Of a stretch of 64,000 nucleotides of DNA, positions 63,779 to 64,000 are shown piece after piece. Every line of letters begins with the position of its first letter. Position 1 is the stretch's first letter. Both the position numbers and the translations under genes were made by a program. The DNA is from Leucoraja ocellata (Eukaryota): NCBI GenBank assembly GCA_036785375.1, contig JAWMAR010000276.1:1364001-1428000 (forward strand). Direction: 5' to 3'. The notes below the pieces were generated by a model. That model was not told the origin of the DNA. It searched no databases and saw only the letters and a program-made list of their open reading frames with translations.

Positions 63779-64000
63779 AAATTATGCAGGGCCAAGCTCA
63801 TCAGTGTCCAGTGACAGTAATTCCACGTAATGTTGCCTATCTCAGAGAGCCTTTGCAGTGACATCAGTGTGGCCTTCAGCACTTCTTCCAGTAGAAACAA
63901 GCTTCCAAACATGCCTTCACATTCACGTAGTCTACCTTAGAGCACTTCCCGGGTGAGAAAGTTTCCATTGCAACCAGGAAGTAAATGTTGACAGTCTACA

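Noticed and set aside
1-64000. Prokaryotic systems (CRISPR arrays, operons, defence islands)
   Set aside because: Spliceosomal introns and vertebrate repeats throughout; no regularly spaced repeat-spacer array.

Overview
Eukaryotic, intron-rich vertebrate DNA. The repeat content (HE1-type V-SINEs, CR1, Penelope, DIRS, Rex1) points to a cartilaginous fish, probably a skate or ray (inference). I assembled three spliced genes by hand from GT-AG sites and exon phases. (1) Minus strand, 14295 to <=1660: 5' part of a type-I acyl-CoA thioesterase (ACOT/BAAT family) with a separate exon encoding a putative mitochondrial presequence and a CpG-island promoter near 20 kb. (2) Plus strand, 27130-39146: a 351-aa IgSF receptor, leader / germline-joined VJ domain with a CD28/CTLA-4-like PPP motif / C1 domain / TM / ITIM+ITSM. 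(3) Plus strand, 51839-62396: a predicted 1016-aa type-I membrane protein joining a B7-family IgV ectodomain and a TM helix in frame to an intact cytoplasmic NACHT-LRR (NLR) module, with a possible short isoform lacking the NLR part. The membrane-anchored B7-IgV-NLR beside a CD28/PD-1-like inhibitory receptor is the main candidate for an undescribed system. The rest is mostly transposon debris (Tc1, solo LTR, RTE, L2, DIRS, ISL2EU-like, P-like, hAT), Penelope-linked minimal hammerhead motifs and a triplicated CpG-rich module of unknown function. No transcript or database evidence was available.
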